From Naegleria gruberi (Eukaryota): 64,000 bases of DNA. Every line of letters begins with the position of its first letter. Within the stretch, counting starts at the first letter, position 1. Below, one piece after another: positions 30,072 through 42,254 of this stretch. The position numbers were made by a program, and so were the translations under genes. The notes under the pieces were generated by a model that saw only the letters and a program-made list of their open reading frames with translations, did not search any database and was not told where the DNA came from. The stretch lies in the NCBI GenBank assembly GCA_000004985.1, contig GG738883.1; one strand, given 5' to 3'.

Positions 30072-31056
30072 CTAAATCTTAATTACTGAACTGGTCATTC
30101 TTCTCGATAACACCTGCATAGCAACCTCAGAAGCTGGATCAATACTTTCCTCAGATTTTGGAATTTCCGATATTCCCAATTGAAGTTGTTTCTCCACAAG
30201 TTTCTTATAAACTCCTCCTTCTCTATTCATCAATTCATTATGAGAACCTGCCTCTGTAACCTCTCCATCAACCATTACAACAATCTTATCACAATTTCTA
30301 ATGGTGGACAAACGATGAGCAACACAGATTGTGGTCCTTCCTTTCATGAGTGTATCCAATGCTGATTGGACTAAACCTTCCGATTCTGTATCGAGGGCAC
30401 TGGTTGCTTCATCTAATAGTAATACTAATGGATTTTGTAAAACAGCACGTGCAATGGCAATTCTTTGCTTTTGTCCACCACTTAGTGAAATACCCTTTTC
30501 TCCTAATTTGGTATTATAGCCATCTGGTAGTTCCATAATGAAATGATGACAGTTGGCAGTTCTAGCAGCTCTTTCAATATCTTCCAAAGTGACATTTTCA
30601 ATACCAACAGCATAGGCAATATTTTCCTTAATGGAACAACTAAAAAGCACTGGTTCCTGAGTTACAATTCCCAAGGCATGCTTATGAAGCCAAATAGGAT
30701 CAATTTCCTTAACATCTACACCATCCAATAATATATTTCCTCCTTTAGTTTCGTAAAATCTTTCTAATAATGAAACGATTGTTGTTTTACCAGAACCTGA
30801 TGGACCAACGAGTGCAACTGAAGTTCCTGCTTTGATATCGAGTGAGAACTTTTCTAAAACTCGAACATCACTTCTGGATGGATAGACGAAAGAAATATTT
30901 TCAAATTTGATTGATCCTTTTAAGGAAGGAATTGTTTTTCCTCCCTTAAATGGAATTTCTGGAGTTCTCTTCATGACACGAAGTAAATTTTTCATGGAAA
31001 CGAAAGCTCCAATGATATTTGGGAGAACTATTCCTGCCTCAGTCATGCCAAAGACA
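30072..31056 (-). CDS. ABCB-type half transporter, C-terminal exon (nucleotide-binding domain)
   Basis: Walker A GPSGSGKTT, signature LSGGQKQRIAIARAV, Walker B LLLDEATSALD, H-loop AHRLST. Acceptor ttttcaaag precedes VFGMTEAGIV... on the minus strand. Confidence 0.85.
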
Positions 31057-31557
31057 CTTTGAAAAGATTACAAAAATTTAAAGTTTCGAATAATGAAAAC
31101 TTACGAATAAACAATGGTACCAAATGTTTTCATTAATTCACCAACTGTTAATTTGCCATCTGCAACCATATGTCCTCTAAAATTATAAGAAAATACAAGA
31201 GTTTAAGTTACTTTCCATTTTTGAAAAATATTAGAAACTTACCCATACTAGGAAAATGTCAACAAAATTAAAAAATCAATATTTGAAATACTTACCCACC
31301 ATGCAAGAGCATTTGTTCCCCACATGACTGCTGAGAAAGATCCCCAAGCAGCTCCATCAAAACACGATCTGATAAATCCAAAAAATTGTGTCCTCTTGAA
31401 ATTACCAGCAAATCTTTCTTGTTCCTTTTCTATTTGGTTTCAAAATTCATAATCAATCGAAACACATGTGAATAGTTATAAAACATGACATGTGGCAGTG
31501 AAATTTCATATTAATTGAACTAGTCAACTGAAATTTTTCAAAATACTCAAAACATAC

Positions 31558-32632
31558 CTTCACAACCCATGCTTCTCACAGTTCTAATACTTGAAATTAC
31601 TTCACTGGCAATGATTGAACTCTGTTCATTGACAGTATTTGCCTTTCCATCAAAAATCTGAACAAACTTTGCTAAAATTCCATAACCAACAATCATGAGC
31701 GGACTTGTGGAAATCATAATCAAGGTCAATTCCCAAGTTGTGGCAAAAGCCAAAGCAACGCCAAGAATGAATTGAGTGACGTTTTGTACAAAGCTAGCCA
31801 GCTTGTAGGAGAGTGCATCCTGAATTTTGTAAATGTCTTCACTCAGTGGAAGTGTCAATTGACCTGTTTGTTTAATGTCAAAAAATCCAATTTCTTGTTT
31901 TGTGAGCGAATTAAAATAGGCTCTTCTTAGTGAGATTCCAATACGTTGTACAGCCCATCCCAAGAAGAAATAAGTCATCAAACTGGCGATACCTGAGCAA
32001 CCAGCAACAATTGCAAAATTGATGGCAACTCGATTAACATTCGTCTTGATTTCGTCTGAAGTAGGATAAACTCCATTCTTTGCCTGGAATACATTCAACA
32101 TATCTCCAAGAACGTATTGAAAAACCATTGGAATAACACCTCTACCAGCAGCTCCTATTAATCCAAAAAAGATTAGTATGAAATTCCAACCAATTATTCT
32201 AAAGATGGTGAAATACGAAAGTACGCCAAGTTTAGGTTCTCGAGTGTCGACTATTTTTCGTTCAGTTTCGATTATTTCCTTCTTATTTGGCTTGGTTTCG
32301 GTTGTTGTGGAGGAAGATGTTGCTGTTGCTGGAGTTTTCTTGAAAGGATTCAAGCTGAATCGTCTAGAATCGTTAGACGAAACACTTGTTGTAGGCGAAA
32401 GTTCAGCATCAGATGATTGTACACTGAGAGAAGAACTTTTACGACCTACAACTGGTAATTCATTAGAAAGCTCTGGATTATTCTTGAATAAATGTTGTTG
32501 GGCAGCATTAACATAATTAGGAGAAGTCGAAACTAAACTACTAGACGAATTTTGTTGTTGATAATCTACAGTTCCAAGATTGTTGGATTGAGTTGTTGCA
32601 TCAGAGTTTCCTCTATTTCTGAAGGAAGGCAT
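31558..32632 (-). CDS. ABCB-type half transporter, first exon (N-terminal S/T/N-rich tail plus transmembrane domain)
   Basis: ATG verified at 32632. Six-TM ABC exporter fold motifs. Donor gaag|gtatgt at 31557. At least one small internal exon (…ERFAGNFKRTQFFGFIRSCFDGAAWGSFSAVMWGTNALAWW…) lies in 31260-31430 between this exon and the NBD exon. Confidence 0.8.
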
Positions 32633-33490
32633 TTTGTAATGTTACGGTTAATAATTGGGATGATACCAAATACAAACGAAACGTGTGAACTATTCGAAAT
32701 CTGTTCACCACAGTGCTAAAACAAGCGGTTCACGGGAGAAATGGTAATATACTATAATACAATAATATCCTGTGATGAAATATTAGTACTATTCAATGAT
32801 AAACAGTTATTGGAAACTATTAGAATCTTTCCTCTACTAGTACACCTTTGATGAGATCTGCAGGTATTTGTTTTTTATGCTTGATTGCTTGAATCGCAGA
32901 CAAAAATCACAAACAACAACAGGGAAGTGCGATTTAAAGCATCATGCAAATCTTGTGCTGGAATGCAGACGAAATCAGCAGAAAGTCGATAAAGAAAGAC
33001 CATCGTCGTCTTTATTTTTATTGTAACAGGACGCTCACAACTTCTATCAAGGATTACGCAACCATTTTTGGATCTGGTACTGAGCGGCTTGAGGCCCATA
33101 GTTCGAAAGGAAAATTTGTAGTGGAAATCACATGAAATGGAAAATAGATGAATGATTTGTTTGAGGTACAAGTGGTGTTTATGGAAAGATAACAAATATC
33201 ATGGCATTGGTACAATTGGTTCTTTGGAAAGAATGTGAAAAAGTATTCTAATTGTAAGAAGAAACTATTCACTGTAAATTGATACAATATTAGATACAAG
33301 TATTAGATTGATGTGATTAATAGATGATTCAATGTTTTTGCATGTTAATTCCCAAATCGTTACAAAATGAATAATTTAAATAAGTCGAAAATTAAAAAAT
33401 TGATTATTGAAGAGTCCATTCGAACAATTAACCAAACCGTTAAACACTCTCATTTGGAAATTGGCAAAATATTGAAAAAGGTAAAGATAT

Positions 33491-34126
33491 TTAATTCTTG
33501 TAATCATATGGAGTGGTATTTGATTGAGTTTCCAACATTTGACTTGACATTGAACTGGCAGGCATGACAGCATCTTCCTTCTTTTCATAATTTCTCATCA
33601 TGATTAAAAGTGAATCAATAACTGAGAGAGCTCCAAAAACACAACAGACAATCATTGAAGAAAACCACAATGTAACAGTTTCACTCTGTAAACTCACACT
33701 TGCTTCTCCTCTTACAACAGCACCTGAGAGAATGCTACTCATTAGAGAAGTGCCAACCGTGGCCACACTTGAAACCACATAAGCCAAACATAAGGATTTG
33801 TGAGTGAGATTGAAAATCTTCAGACAACAGGATCTGCAACAAGCTTTGGACAGCACATTGTACGCCTTAAAGTTACGTTCACGAATAATTCTCATCAGAA
33901 TTTGATCATAGAAGAAGAGTGCAGAGAGGATGACTGTGAGAAGGGAGAAGAATAATGGAATTGCCATCAAGATGTAATATTCAATATTGGCGGAGGTTGA
34001 TTGAACCTTAACAGCATAGTAGGAAACTGAGGAGATTTGCAATAAGGAAGATAATAAGGAGAGAACAAAGGAGGTTCCCGAAATGATTCCCAATATAATT
34101 TTACCAGCTTTTGATGCTTTTCCCAT
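33491..34126 (-). CDS. Hypothetical 4-TM membrane protein (211 aa)
   Basis: ATG verified. Four hydrophobic segments. CCRSCCLK in a loop. No family assigned. Confidence 0.5.
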   Translation of the reverse strand: MGKASKAGKIILGIISGTSFVLSLLSSLLQISSVSYYAVKVQSTSANIEYYILMAIPLFFSLLTVILSALFFYDQILMRIIRERNFKAYNVLSKACCRSCCLKIFNLTHKSLCLAYVVSSVATVGTSLMSSILSGAVVRGEASVSLQSETVTLWFSSMIVCCVFGALSVIDSLLIMMRNYEKKEDAVMPASSMSSQMLETQSNTTPYDYKN

Positions 34127-34345
34127 GATGATGATGATGTTATAACTCTATGATGATGCTGAAGATGTTTTTCTTTAAATAACGCTTATTAAGCACAAAA
34201 TATCAAGCCAAATAAATTATTCAAGAGGAAGTGGGTTGGTTGTTATTGTATGAAAGAGATCACAAGCAATAACTCTTCGAGTGGTGCCCTTGAAAGAACA
34301 ATTAAGGTATTTTTTCTGGTAATTTAATTTTCACATGCTTGTGAA

Positions 34346-35482
34346 TCAATTGAAAATTAAAACCTGATTCTTCTCACAATCCACAAGATATAATTCTCCA
34401 GTCTTGTCATTGATGCACATTCCATCGGGCAGTTCAAAATTTTCCTCAACTTGTGAATCATTCTTAAAAGTTCGTACAGTTTTAACATTCTTTCCTTCAG
34501 AATCCATAATGGCAATGGTTGAGGTTCCTTCACTAACAAAGATATGTCTCTTAACTGGATCAAACATGACATAGGAAGGACACTGAGTGTGTAAGCTCTT
34601 CTTACTAACGAGAACATCACCAACTTTGTAAAGAAAGTGAAGATTAGGGGCAAAGGATGGGTTATGCTCTATCATAATAATGTCTTCGTTTTGGTCTAGG
34701 CAAATTCCAATAGGTTGTCTTAATGAACTGTGTAAATACTCATCTGCATAATCATTGTCCTCTTGCACTAAATGAGATGGGATAAATGTTGTGAAAGTTT
34801 CAATTAGAGAGCCATCACTCGATGCAAATGTTAGGATTTTGTTATTGCCTGTATCACACAAGAGAATGATTGCATTCTCATCCATTTTACACTTTTCATT
34901 CTTATACTTGTTCGAATACGAAACAGCAATACCACTAGGCAATTCAAGTTCATATTCCTCATCATTTGTCTCTCCAATTTTCCAGACATATCGCAATGCT
35001 TTACCTTCAAGAGCATCACCAATCATTTCAGCCAAATCAAACTTGTATAAAAATCCAGACTCTACACTCAAATATAAATATTCCTTCTCCCTTCTCTTAT
35101 CCATTTCAATGGCCAAATATCTCGTGACGTGACCAATCTTGATAGTACACTTTAATTCACAACTCTCCAAATCCAATATCTGCAATGATTCATTCTCCGA
35201 ATCACTCACAATAATACACCCACTCAAATGAGAAATCTTTACATCATACGGAAGGAGAAATCCAGATCGAATCAAACTCTTCTTCTCAAACAAGGTAGAA
35301 TACGGCAGAGGATGATACAATTTTCGGAACAAGAGTTTTGATTTTAGAAAATTAAAACTTGTTGTTTGCCGTAATGGTGCATCTCCGACCATGAGAGTAG
35401 TAGTTTTAGATGTATTTTCATTATTTAATAACTGTTCCGATTCTTGATAATGATGAGTAGTTAGTTGATCATGAGTAGACAT
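34346..35482 (-). CDS. NHL-repeat-like beta-propeller protein (378 aa)
   Basis: ATG verified. Repeated blade-like motifs PSGIAVSYSN, LLCDTGNNKILTF, PIGICLDQNEDIIMIE, PDGMCINDKTGELYLVDCEKNQVLIFN. Confidence 0.5.
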   Translation of the reverse strand: MSTHDQLTTHHYQESEQLLNNENTSKTTTLMVGDAPLRQTTSFNFLKSKLLFRKLYHPLPYSTLFEKKSLIRSGFLLPYDVKISHLSGCIIVSDSENESLQILDLESCELKCTIKIGHVTRYLAIEMDKRREKEYLYLSVESGFLYKFDLAEMIGDALEGKALRYVWKIGETNDEEYELELPSGIAVSYSNKYKNEKCKMDENAIILLCDTGNNKILTFASSDGSLIETFTTFIPSHLVQEDNDYADEYLHSSLRQPIGICLDQNEDIIMIEHNPSFAPNLHFLYKVGDVLVSKKSLHTQCPSYVMFDPVKRHIFVSEGTSTIAIMDSEGKNVKTVRTFKNDSQVEENFELPDGMCINDKTGELYLVDCEKNQVLIFN

Positions 35483-36055
35483 TTTTTAAAGTTTGTATTT
35501 GTATTTTAAAATTGATAGTTTAAACTGAATTGAAATGTTGTTGAGGTGAATTTGGAATGTGAAGTTTTGAACAGAGAACCAATAATAATTAACGATTCAT
35601 ATTCAAAGATGAACCAAAGACAATTTTAGGCATTTTTTATAAAATTATTTTAATTTATTAAAATTGAATTTAATCTATGAGAATTAAGATTCCTTTAAGA
35701 TTTTTTGAATATTGATTGGCCAAATTGATAAAAATATGAAAATATCAGAGAATGATTACTGACATTTCCAATGGTATGAAGGAAAAGTTTATTACAGTTT
35801 GGACGAACTTCAGAACGCCCCCGATTCTCCTTCACTATCACTGAAGCATTTGATTAGTGACATTTCTCTTCAAATTCACTTGACAGCTCTCCCACCCAAC
35901 AATTTCAATGTAAGGAAAAAAAACAAATTGACAATCAAATAAAAACATCAAGTCCTGCAAACTAATAACAAGCTCATCAATTAACTGAAACATTCCTTTA
36001 AAAACATAAAGAAGAATTTTCAAAAACAACAAATCTGTCAGCCTTCAGTTAGAGA

Positions 36056-38761
36056 ATGGCTTTTCATAAAAAAAAATTCAACATGCCAAATCCCATTAAA
36101 TTCCACTCACAAAGCGAAAGTTCTTCCACCTCAGAACAACACCATCACCACCACTTACCTCCTCAGCAGCAACAGCAACAACAACAAACTTTAGGCTCTT
36201 CAACACCAATTCCCCCGCCAAAACCAGCACATCTCTCTGCTAGTAGCACAACCAACAGTAATACAACAACGACGACGCAGCAGCTGTTGCAGGCCAATTT
36301 TACAGTGAATAGAACAACAACAACAGCAAATAATAATGGCGCCAAACAAAGTACTTCGCCAACTTCTTCTTCTTTGCAACATGTTGTAGGAAGTAATAAT
36401 ACAATTACAAATACAAATAATAATTCGAGTAGTAGTGGAACGAATGGATCGCCTTCTCCATTGTCTTCTTTCCAAGATAATGGTGAAAATACTCCAATAA
36501 TTCATACACCAACACCACAACCACAACAACATACCACAACATCACATTCCTTTGGATTTAGTATTATTGGAAATAGGAGAGGATCTACATCCCAATCTTC
36601 GGGTTCTAGAAATTCTGTAAAATCTCCTATTACCAATCAATTTATTCAACATGCTGATAATACTTTCCCAATAACAGAGGGAAATAATTCTCTATTATCT
36701 TCTTGGACTTGTAAACATAAAGGACCAGTATTGGTGGTGAGAGTTTCGAGAATTGAACATTTAAATGTTTATCCTTCATCAGCAGAGAAGGCAAATAATT
36801 CATCATCCACAACATCTTCCAATGCTTCGACACCAGCCACTCCTCAGAATAAGCAAACTCCAACAACATCCAATAATAATAATAATACTTCATCAACAAC
36901 ATCAGCTGTAACAACCAGTTCAACAACATCGAGTAGTAGTACCAGTGGTTTTGTTTCAACCAATGAAAAGTTTAGTAATTACAATCCTCATGTTGTTGTT
37001 GGTTATGGAAGATTAAAGACATTGAAGAATGATTCGGAAGATGCCATTCCAATCTTTGAACAAAGGACAAAAACCTTGCAGAGTGAAGTCTTTCCAATCT
37101 ATAATACTGTCTTTGAGTTTCCATTGCTCACTATGGACTTTTCAGCTAGGGGAAAGAAATTATCAGAGCTAGTAAAGAACTTCCCTGATCAACTGTTTTC
37201 CTCCGAGGCACACCAACATGCTGACAGTGATGCACACATTGAGGATACTACAGTATTATCTTTCAAGGTTTTATCTCACAATCGTTACAAGAAGAAACAG
37301 GAATCTGTAATTGCTGTCGCAGAATTAAATTTGGGAGATTTACCTCACGTTACCAATGATGAAAAGATTTTCCTAAGAATGAGAAAACCTGGTGAACCTT
37401 TGAGAAAATCAGACATGATTAATGGAGGAGAGGTATTACCAGAAAATCAACCAATTTTACATTTGGATGTCAAAGTTGTATGGAATAATGAAATATACAA
37501 ATCAATCGGAGACGATGAATCTTCAACTTCATATGATAAGTGGAATGACATTCTTACTCAATTCTACATTCAGGATATGGGAGATGATGAATTTGATAAT
37601 GATCCCATGCTAGCTAGGAGACAAGAAGACATGTTCAAATCAATGGACCGACTCATGAATCAATGTGAGTTGTTAAAACTTGTAACCTTCCCTCTTCCAC
37701 ACACATGGCACATGATTGGTAAGCAAGACAAACTCATTCTTGTCTCACCAACACAACTTACCAATGAGGAAATCTTTACCGATAACATTAATGTTTATTA
37801 TGTATACGAGAGCAATACTAAAAAAGTATTGGAAGAAATGCTTAAAAATAGTGAAAAAAGATCCTACTTTGGTTTGGCAATGCCACTTCACAATTTTAAA
37901 ATGCTGTCAAATTGGCAAGGATACAGATTTGCATGTTATTACTCACTTTATAACAAGATTTATCATCAAAATGTTATTGGAATTCAGACCAAGATTGGTG
38001 TCAGCTATATTCTTCAATATGTTTCCAATTGTGGCTCATTTAATCAACCTGTGTTTGATAAAATGTTGGAAAGACTTACCATCCTTCCGTCAGTCTACTC
38101 CAAAGATCTGGAAAGAGGAAAGATTTGGTGTGGTGCTGTTCCTTGTGCATGGAGAGGAGTTTCCAAAGATTCAATCATTCACTTGTACTCTCCTTATCAA
38201 TGTAATGGAAAATTGAATTGTACCGATCAAATCATGCTTCAACCATTTGTCAACAACATGTCCACTATGGAGAGAATAAGATTTATTTTGAAAAAGTATA
38301 TGGATGATGCTGACTTTGAAGGATTGGAAATTCTACATGGTCCACTAGCTACCGATTTGAATGATCACACAGATAGTGTCATGTATGAGGAGTATAATCA
38401 TTATTCGGATTTGGAACAATTGGAATCTTCAGAGAATGTTGATCATACATTTGAGCCACCATTCTGGATCAATAGAAGAAAAGCACTCCCTGATAATCTT
38501 AACATTTCCAAAGATAACCTTGAGGAGGCTTCTACCATTACTTTTGCTGTGAAAATGAAGGCCAAACCACCAACAAACACCTACGATGTACCTCCACCAT
38601 CTTCCTTCTGCAATTCTTACTACATCTACCAAAAGACTGTAGTAATGAAAATGAAAAATGTTGACTATCAACTTAACATTAGTTACAAAACAACACTCAA
38701 CAGCCATCTAGTTTCAGAAGGAGCTTTTAACAGACTAGTTCAATCCATCAGATTGACCTAA
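36056..38761 (+). CDS. Large protein (901 aa) with poly-H/Q/N/S/T low-complexity N-terminus, a probable C2-like domain and an unassigned C-terminal half
   Basis: ATG verified. C2-like segment ...KGPVLVVRVSRIEHLNV...NYNPHVVVGYGRLKTLKN...IFEQRTKTLQSEVFPIYNTVFEFPL. The rest is unassigned. Confidence 0.6.
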   Translation: MAFHKKKFNMPNPIKFHSQSESSSTSEQHHHHHLPPQQQQQQQQTLGSSTPIPPPKPAHLSASSTTNSNTTTTTQQLLQANFTVNRTTTTANNNGAKQSTSPTSSSLQHVVGSNNTITNTNNNSSSSGTNGSPSPLSSFQDNGENTPIIHTPTPQPQQHTTTSHSFGFSIIGNRRGSTSQSSGSRNSVKSPITNQFIQHADNTFPITEGNNSLLSSWTCKHKGPVLVVRVSRIEHLNVYPSSAEKANNSSSTTSSNASTPATPQNKQTPTTSNNNNNTSSTTSAVTTSSTTSSSSTSGFVSTNEKFSNYNPHVVVGYGRLKTLKNDSEDAIPIFEQRTKTLQSEVFPIYNTVFEFPLLTMDFSARGKKLSELVKNFPDQLFSSEAHQHADSDAHIEDTTVLSFKVLSHNRYKKKQESVIAVAELNLGDLPHVTNDEKIFLRMRKPGEPLRKSDMINGGEVLPENQPILHLDVKVVWNNEIYKSIGDDESSTSYDKWNDILTQFYIQDMGDDEFDNDPMLARRQEDMFKSMDRLMNQCELLKLVTFPLPHTWHMIGKQDKLILVSPTQLTNEEIFTDNINVYYVYESNTKKVLEEMLKNSEKRSYFGLAMPLHNFKMLSNWQGYRFACYYSLYNKIYHQNVIGIQTKIGVSYILQYVSNCGSFNQPVFDKMLERLTILPSVYSKDLERGKIWCGAVPCAWRGVSKDSIIHLYSPYQCNGKLNCTDQIMLQPFVNNMSTMERIRFILKKYMDDADFEGLEILHGPLATDLNDHTDSVMYEEYNHYSDLEQLESSENVDHTFEPPFWINRRKALPDNLNISKDNLEEASTITFAVKMKAKPPTNTYDVPPPSSFCNSYYIYQKTVVMKMKNVDYQLNISYKTTLNSHLVSEGAFNRLVQSIRLT

Positions 38762-38799
38762 ATAAATTTAGAATCTTGCTAGGAATAACCTTTTATTTA

Positions 38800-39789
38800 T
38801 CAGCAAGAATAACATAAGGTATAACTCAAATCAAGAATATCCAATTCCATTTCATGAAGTTTCTTGGCTCCTTCATTATCAATCTGAGTGTGAGTAGCAA
38901 CAAGTTCCTTCAATTGTTTCATTCCACTAATTAGCTGGGCTTCTTCATTACTTATTCTATTTTGACTTATATTAAGCTTTGTCAATAGTGGAAGTTCAAT
39001 AATCGATTTAATTCCTTCATTTTGAATGCTATTTCGGGTAAGGTTTAGTTCTGTTAAATTCTCAAGTTGACTCACTGATTTAGCTCCTTTATCTTGAATA
39101 TAATTGGCAAGTAAGTTTAGTTTTTTTAATTGAGATAGTTCACCCAAATATTGAGCACCTTTGCATGCTATCCGATTGTCATTCAAATCAAGAATGGTCA
39201 ATTGTTTTAATTTACTTATTGATCTAGCTCCTTCTTCTGTTATAAAATTGCTAGCAATAGAAAGATTGGTCAATTTACTCAATTCACCAATGTACGCGGC
39301 TCCTAAATCTCCAATTCCATTGAAATTAATATTTAAAACAGTCAACTGAGTCAATTTACAGATTGATTCAGCTCCTTCGTGTGAGAGAAAATTCTCTGCC
39401 ACATTAAGTTCCGTTAATGTGGTCAATTGGCCAATAATCTCGGCTCCTGCATCATGAAGTCTGTTAAATCCAATAGAAAGTTTGGTCAACCTATTCATAG
39501 AGCAAAGAAAAACATTCCATTTATCTAACTTTTTCACAACTGATAATCCAAATTTAACATTTTCTAAACATTTCAGTAGTTGACTATTTGTTTGTTGGTG
39601 CAGCACATCTTCATCTTTTAATTGCTCATTGAAAAATATTGAAAGTTTAGAATGGTTTCGGATAACATTCATCCACTGTTTGTTTATCAGTGCACAGCTC
39701 TTGATAACAAATCGAGCATCATCAAAGAAAGACAATATTTCATAACAAACATCATCAGAAAATATATCGTCTAAACTTTGTTTCGTCAT
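38800..39789 (-). CDS. F-box / leucine-rich-repeat protein (RNI-type LRRs)
   Basis: ATG verified. N-terminal F-box-like DDVCYEILSFFDDARFVIKSCALINKQWMNVI. Then ~9 tandem 24-aa repeats L..L.L..N.I...GA..I..L. Confidence 0.7.
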   Translation of the reverse strand: MTKQSLDDIFSDDVCYEILSFFDDARFVIKSCALINKQWMNVIRNHSKLSIFFNEQLKDEDVLHQQTNSQLLKCLENVKFGLSVVKKLDKWNVFLCSMNRLTKLSIGFNRLHDAGAEIIGQLTTLTELNVAENFLSHEGAESICKLTQLTVLNINFNGIGDLGAAYIGELSKLTNLSIASNFITEEGARSISKLKQLTILDLNDNRIACKGAQYLGELSQLKKLNLLANYIQDKGAKSVSQLENLTELNLTRNSIQNEGIKSIIELPLLTKLNISQNRISNEEAQLISGMKQLKELVATHTQIDNEGAKKLHEMELDILDLSYTLCYSC

Positions 39790-39949
39790 TTTTTATTCTT
39801 AATTTAAAATCAATAAAGCACTATATCAAAAATTTGAAAATTCACAACATTTTGAACTTCTAATGAACAATTTCAGTTCTATGCAACTCCTTAAATGAGT
39901 CAACTTTCATTCCTCACTGATAGTTGCCCACATCAAGAAAGTGGAAAAT

Positions 39950-40750
39950 ATGATCACTGATAGTTGCCCACTGTATGGAAAGTATGATATTGACAAGGTA
40001 AAGGTTTTACAATGCAATTCAGAGACGTTTCGAATTTTCGATTTTTTGAATATTAAAAAAATGCAATTAAACAGTGATCAATGTTGCGTAACCTTTCCTC
40101 TCGATCTCACCATCTCTTCCGAACTTGTCATGAGCAAACTTCGAGATATTCCACCAAAAGAAAAATCCACCAAAATTACACAACCAATTTTTACCTTTAT
40201 TGAAAATAGAAAGTATTATCCATTGTCTTTTAAGCAAGTGGTGATAACGGAGAATTTAGATGTAATTCGTGATCGTAAATTTATTATTCACGAAATGGTT
40301 GAATATTACAACAAATGTAAAAGTCAGTTGATTGGTATTTGGCGTGAGGTTGTGAGCTATTTGAAATTGTGGAATGAAAGAGAATTTGTATTGGAAATGA
40401 TGAAGAAATTTGGTTACTTGTTGGATGAGTTTGTAAAGAAGGAGGAGTTTTTGGAGGATCGAGAGATTATTCTATATTCTATTAGATCATGTTATGGCAA
40501 TTATTCGATTGTGAAGGAAAAATTTAGAAATGATAAGGAAATTACAATGATTGCAGTTGGCCAATCACCAGATTTATTAAGATATGCATCTGAAGCAATG
40601 AAAGCTGATAGAGATGTTGTAAAAATTGCCTTATTGCAGAGTGGATACGCTTTCAAATATATTTCAGAAGAAGTGAAGAAGGATCGAGAGTTTATTTCAT
40701 CCATTTTCAATCACAATAAGGATATGATTGAATACATTTATTCCTTTTGA
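39950..40750 (+). CDS. DUF4116-repeat protein
   Basis: First ATG 39950 (ORF-track start 39941 is GTG). C-terminal repeats ...IAVGQSPDLLRYASEAMKADRDVVKIALLQSGYAFKYISEEVKKDREFISSIF match the DUF4116 pattern (A..q.g.aL.yas.elk.D.evv..Av.q.g.al). Confidence 0.55.
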   Translation: MITDSCPLYGKYDIDKVKVLQCNSETFRIFDFLNIKKMQLNSDQCCVTFPLDLTISSELVMSKLRDIPPKEKSTKITQPIFTFIENRKYYPLSFKQVVITENLDVIRDRKFIIHEMVEYYNKCKSQLIGIWREVVSYLKLWNEREFVLEMMKKFGYLLDEFVKKEEFLEDREIILYSIRSCYGNYSIVKEKFRNDKEITMIAVGQSPDLLRYASEAMKADRDVVKIALLQSGYAFKYISEEVKKDREFISSIFNHNKDMIEYIYSF

Positions 40751-40877
40751 ATTAACTGAAAAGAAACCAGCAACTTTTCAACCTTTGGAATCAATTGGTT
40801 AGTTACGGAACCACATATTCCAATTAAAAGTGAAGAGCATTTTAGTGATAATTTCTAACACGCTTTCCATTCAGTAA

Positions 40878-42183
40878 TTATAAAACAACACATAAAGATG
40901 ATGATGGTTGTTTGAAAATTGTGGAATTCATCAAATGGTGATAAATTGTCTCATTTTCTTCCCTCAAACAAACATCAAGAGGCGTCTCATTCTTTTCATT
41001 CTTCAATGACAAATCGAAAAAGTAGATCCTTTCTTTGGGTGGTAAATCTTTCAAACTATTCTCAATTGAAACCAGTAAAGATTTTTTACCATAATTGCAG
41101 AGATAGTGTGCCAATGTTGATCCGTTCATCATTTTGTGGTTCATTGAAATCTTGTACTTGATTAGTAAATCCACCTTTCCAAATGTCTTGATAAATGGAA
41201 CAAGAGCATTCAATCCATCAACCTTATTAACAACCGAGAAGAGTTCATTCATTTCAGCTGTAACTGTTTTAGTATTTCCCATAGCCAAATAGTGTATAAT
41301 AAATTCTACAGTTGGTGGTTCTGATTGAGTAAGTGCATAATTAATGATGTTTCTTCCTCGCATGTCCAATGTTTTGGTATCCAAGCTCAAATAGGAATAA
41401 TGATGTAGAAAGAAATAGATATTCCTCAATTGTTGATGAAATGCGTGTGTCTTTTCTTTGTTTGTGAGGAATTTCAGTCTATACTGTTCCAGACGATTCC
41501 TTCTCAGATTATATTTGGAAATTAATTCTTCAAAGTGAAATTTCATGACCAATTCCAAGTCCTTTGTTTCGTCCAATAAAATACAAGCTCGAGTATATGA
41601 ATCAAACTCTAATTCAACATTTGGAAGTACCTCTCTATACATTTCCTTCTCCATTCTGAGTTTCTCTTCTTTATCCGAAACTCCATAATCAGATGAAGTA
41701 TCTGGAAATGATACTACCTTCTTCAATTGAGAAAAACACTTTAAAACACAAAGAGAACTGATTTTCGTTTCTCTTTCATAATTTCCAGACGAATTAATAT
41801 TGAACTGAGCTAGAGAAACTTGTTCAATTCCACATTTTTCAATTCCCTTCCTTAAATATTGTAAACTTTCAAAATCTTTCAATAAACAACTTTCTAACAC
41901 GAATCCACATTCAGAAAATGGTTCACTCCTTCTAGGAAACATATCAATAGATATTTTAAAGGTACAATTCACAAACGAAAGCTTTCGAACAGTTCCTCCC
42001 CATTCAGAAATCAATAAAAAGAATAATGGATCATTAAACTCCATATTCTTCAATATCAATTTATCCAATTTTCTAAAATTCTTCAACACTGTTCGAAAGA
42101 ATAAAAACCAATCAGCTGCTTTTTTCTGCTTGAAAGTTCTCTCAACCAACATGAATAGTATTTTGGTTCCATTTTGGGAAGTC
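40878..42183 (-). CDS. F-box protein, exon 2 (body, weak ankyrin-like C-terminus)
   Basis: Acceptor ggaaag at 42184-42189 (minus). In-frame continuation TSQNGTKILFMLVERTF.... 71-bp AT-rich intron. Confidence 0.6.
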
Positions 42184-42254
42184 TTTCCATTTCAATTTTC
42201 ATCACATCACGAAAATATTAATTTAAGATTTAATATTATTCAAAATATACCAAC

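Noticed and set aside
31529-31557. A candidate 30-bp intron (gtatgt...atttcag) in the ABC gene
   Set aside because: Too short relative to other introns here. The longer ~130-bp intron ending at ...accaaatag gives a sensible ABC TMD exon instead.
36163-36959. Minus-strand ORFs 36163-36345, 36200-36532, 36642-36959
   Set aside because: Antisense of the poly-Q/N/S/T region of the 36056-38761 gene.
39914-39969. 16-bp direct duplication cactgatagttgccca flanking the DUF4116 gene start
   Set aside because: Too short to interpret; probably a small local duplication at the 5' end of the gene.
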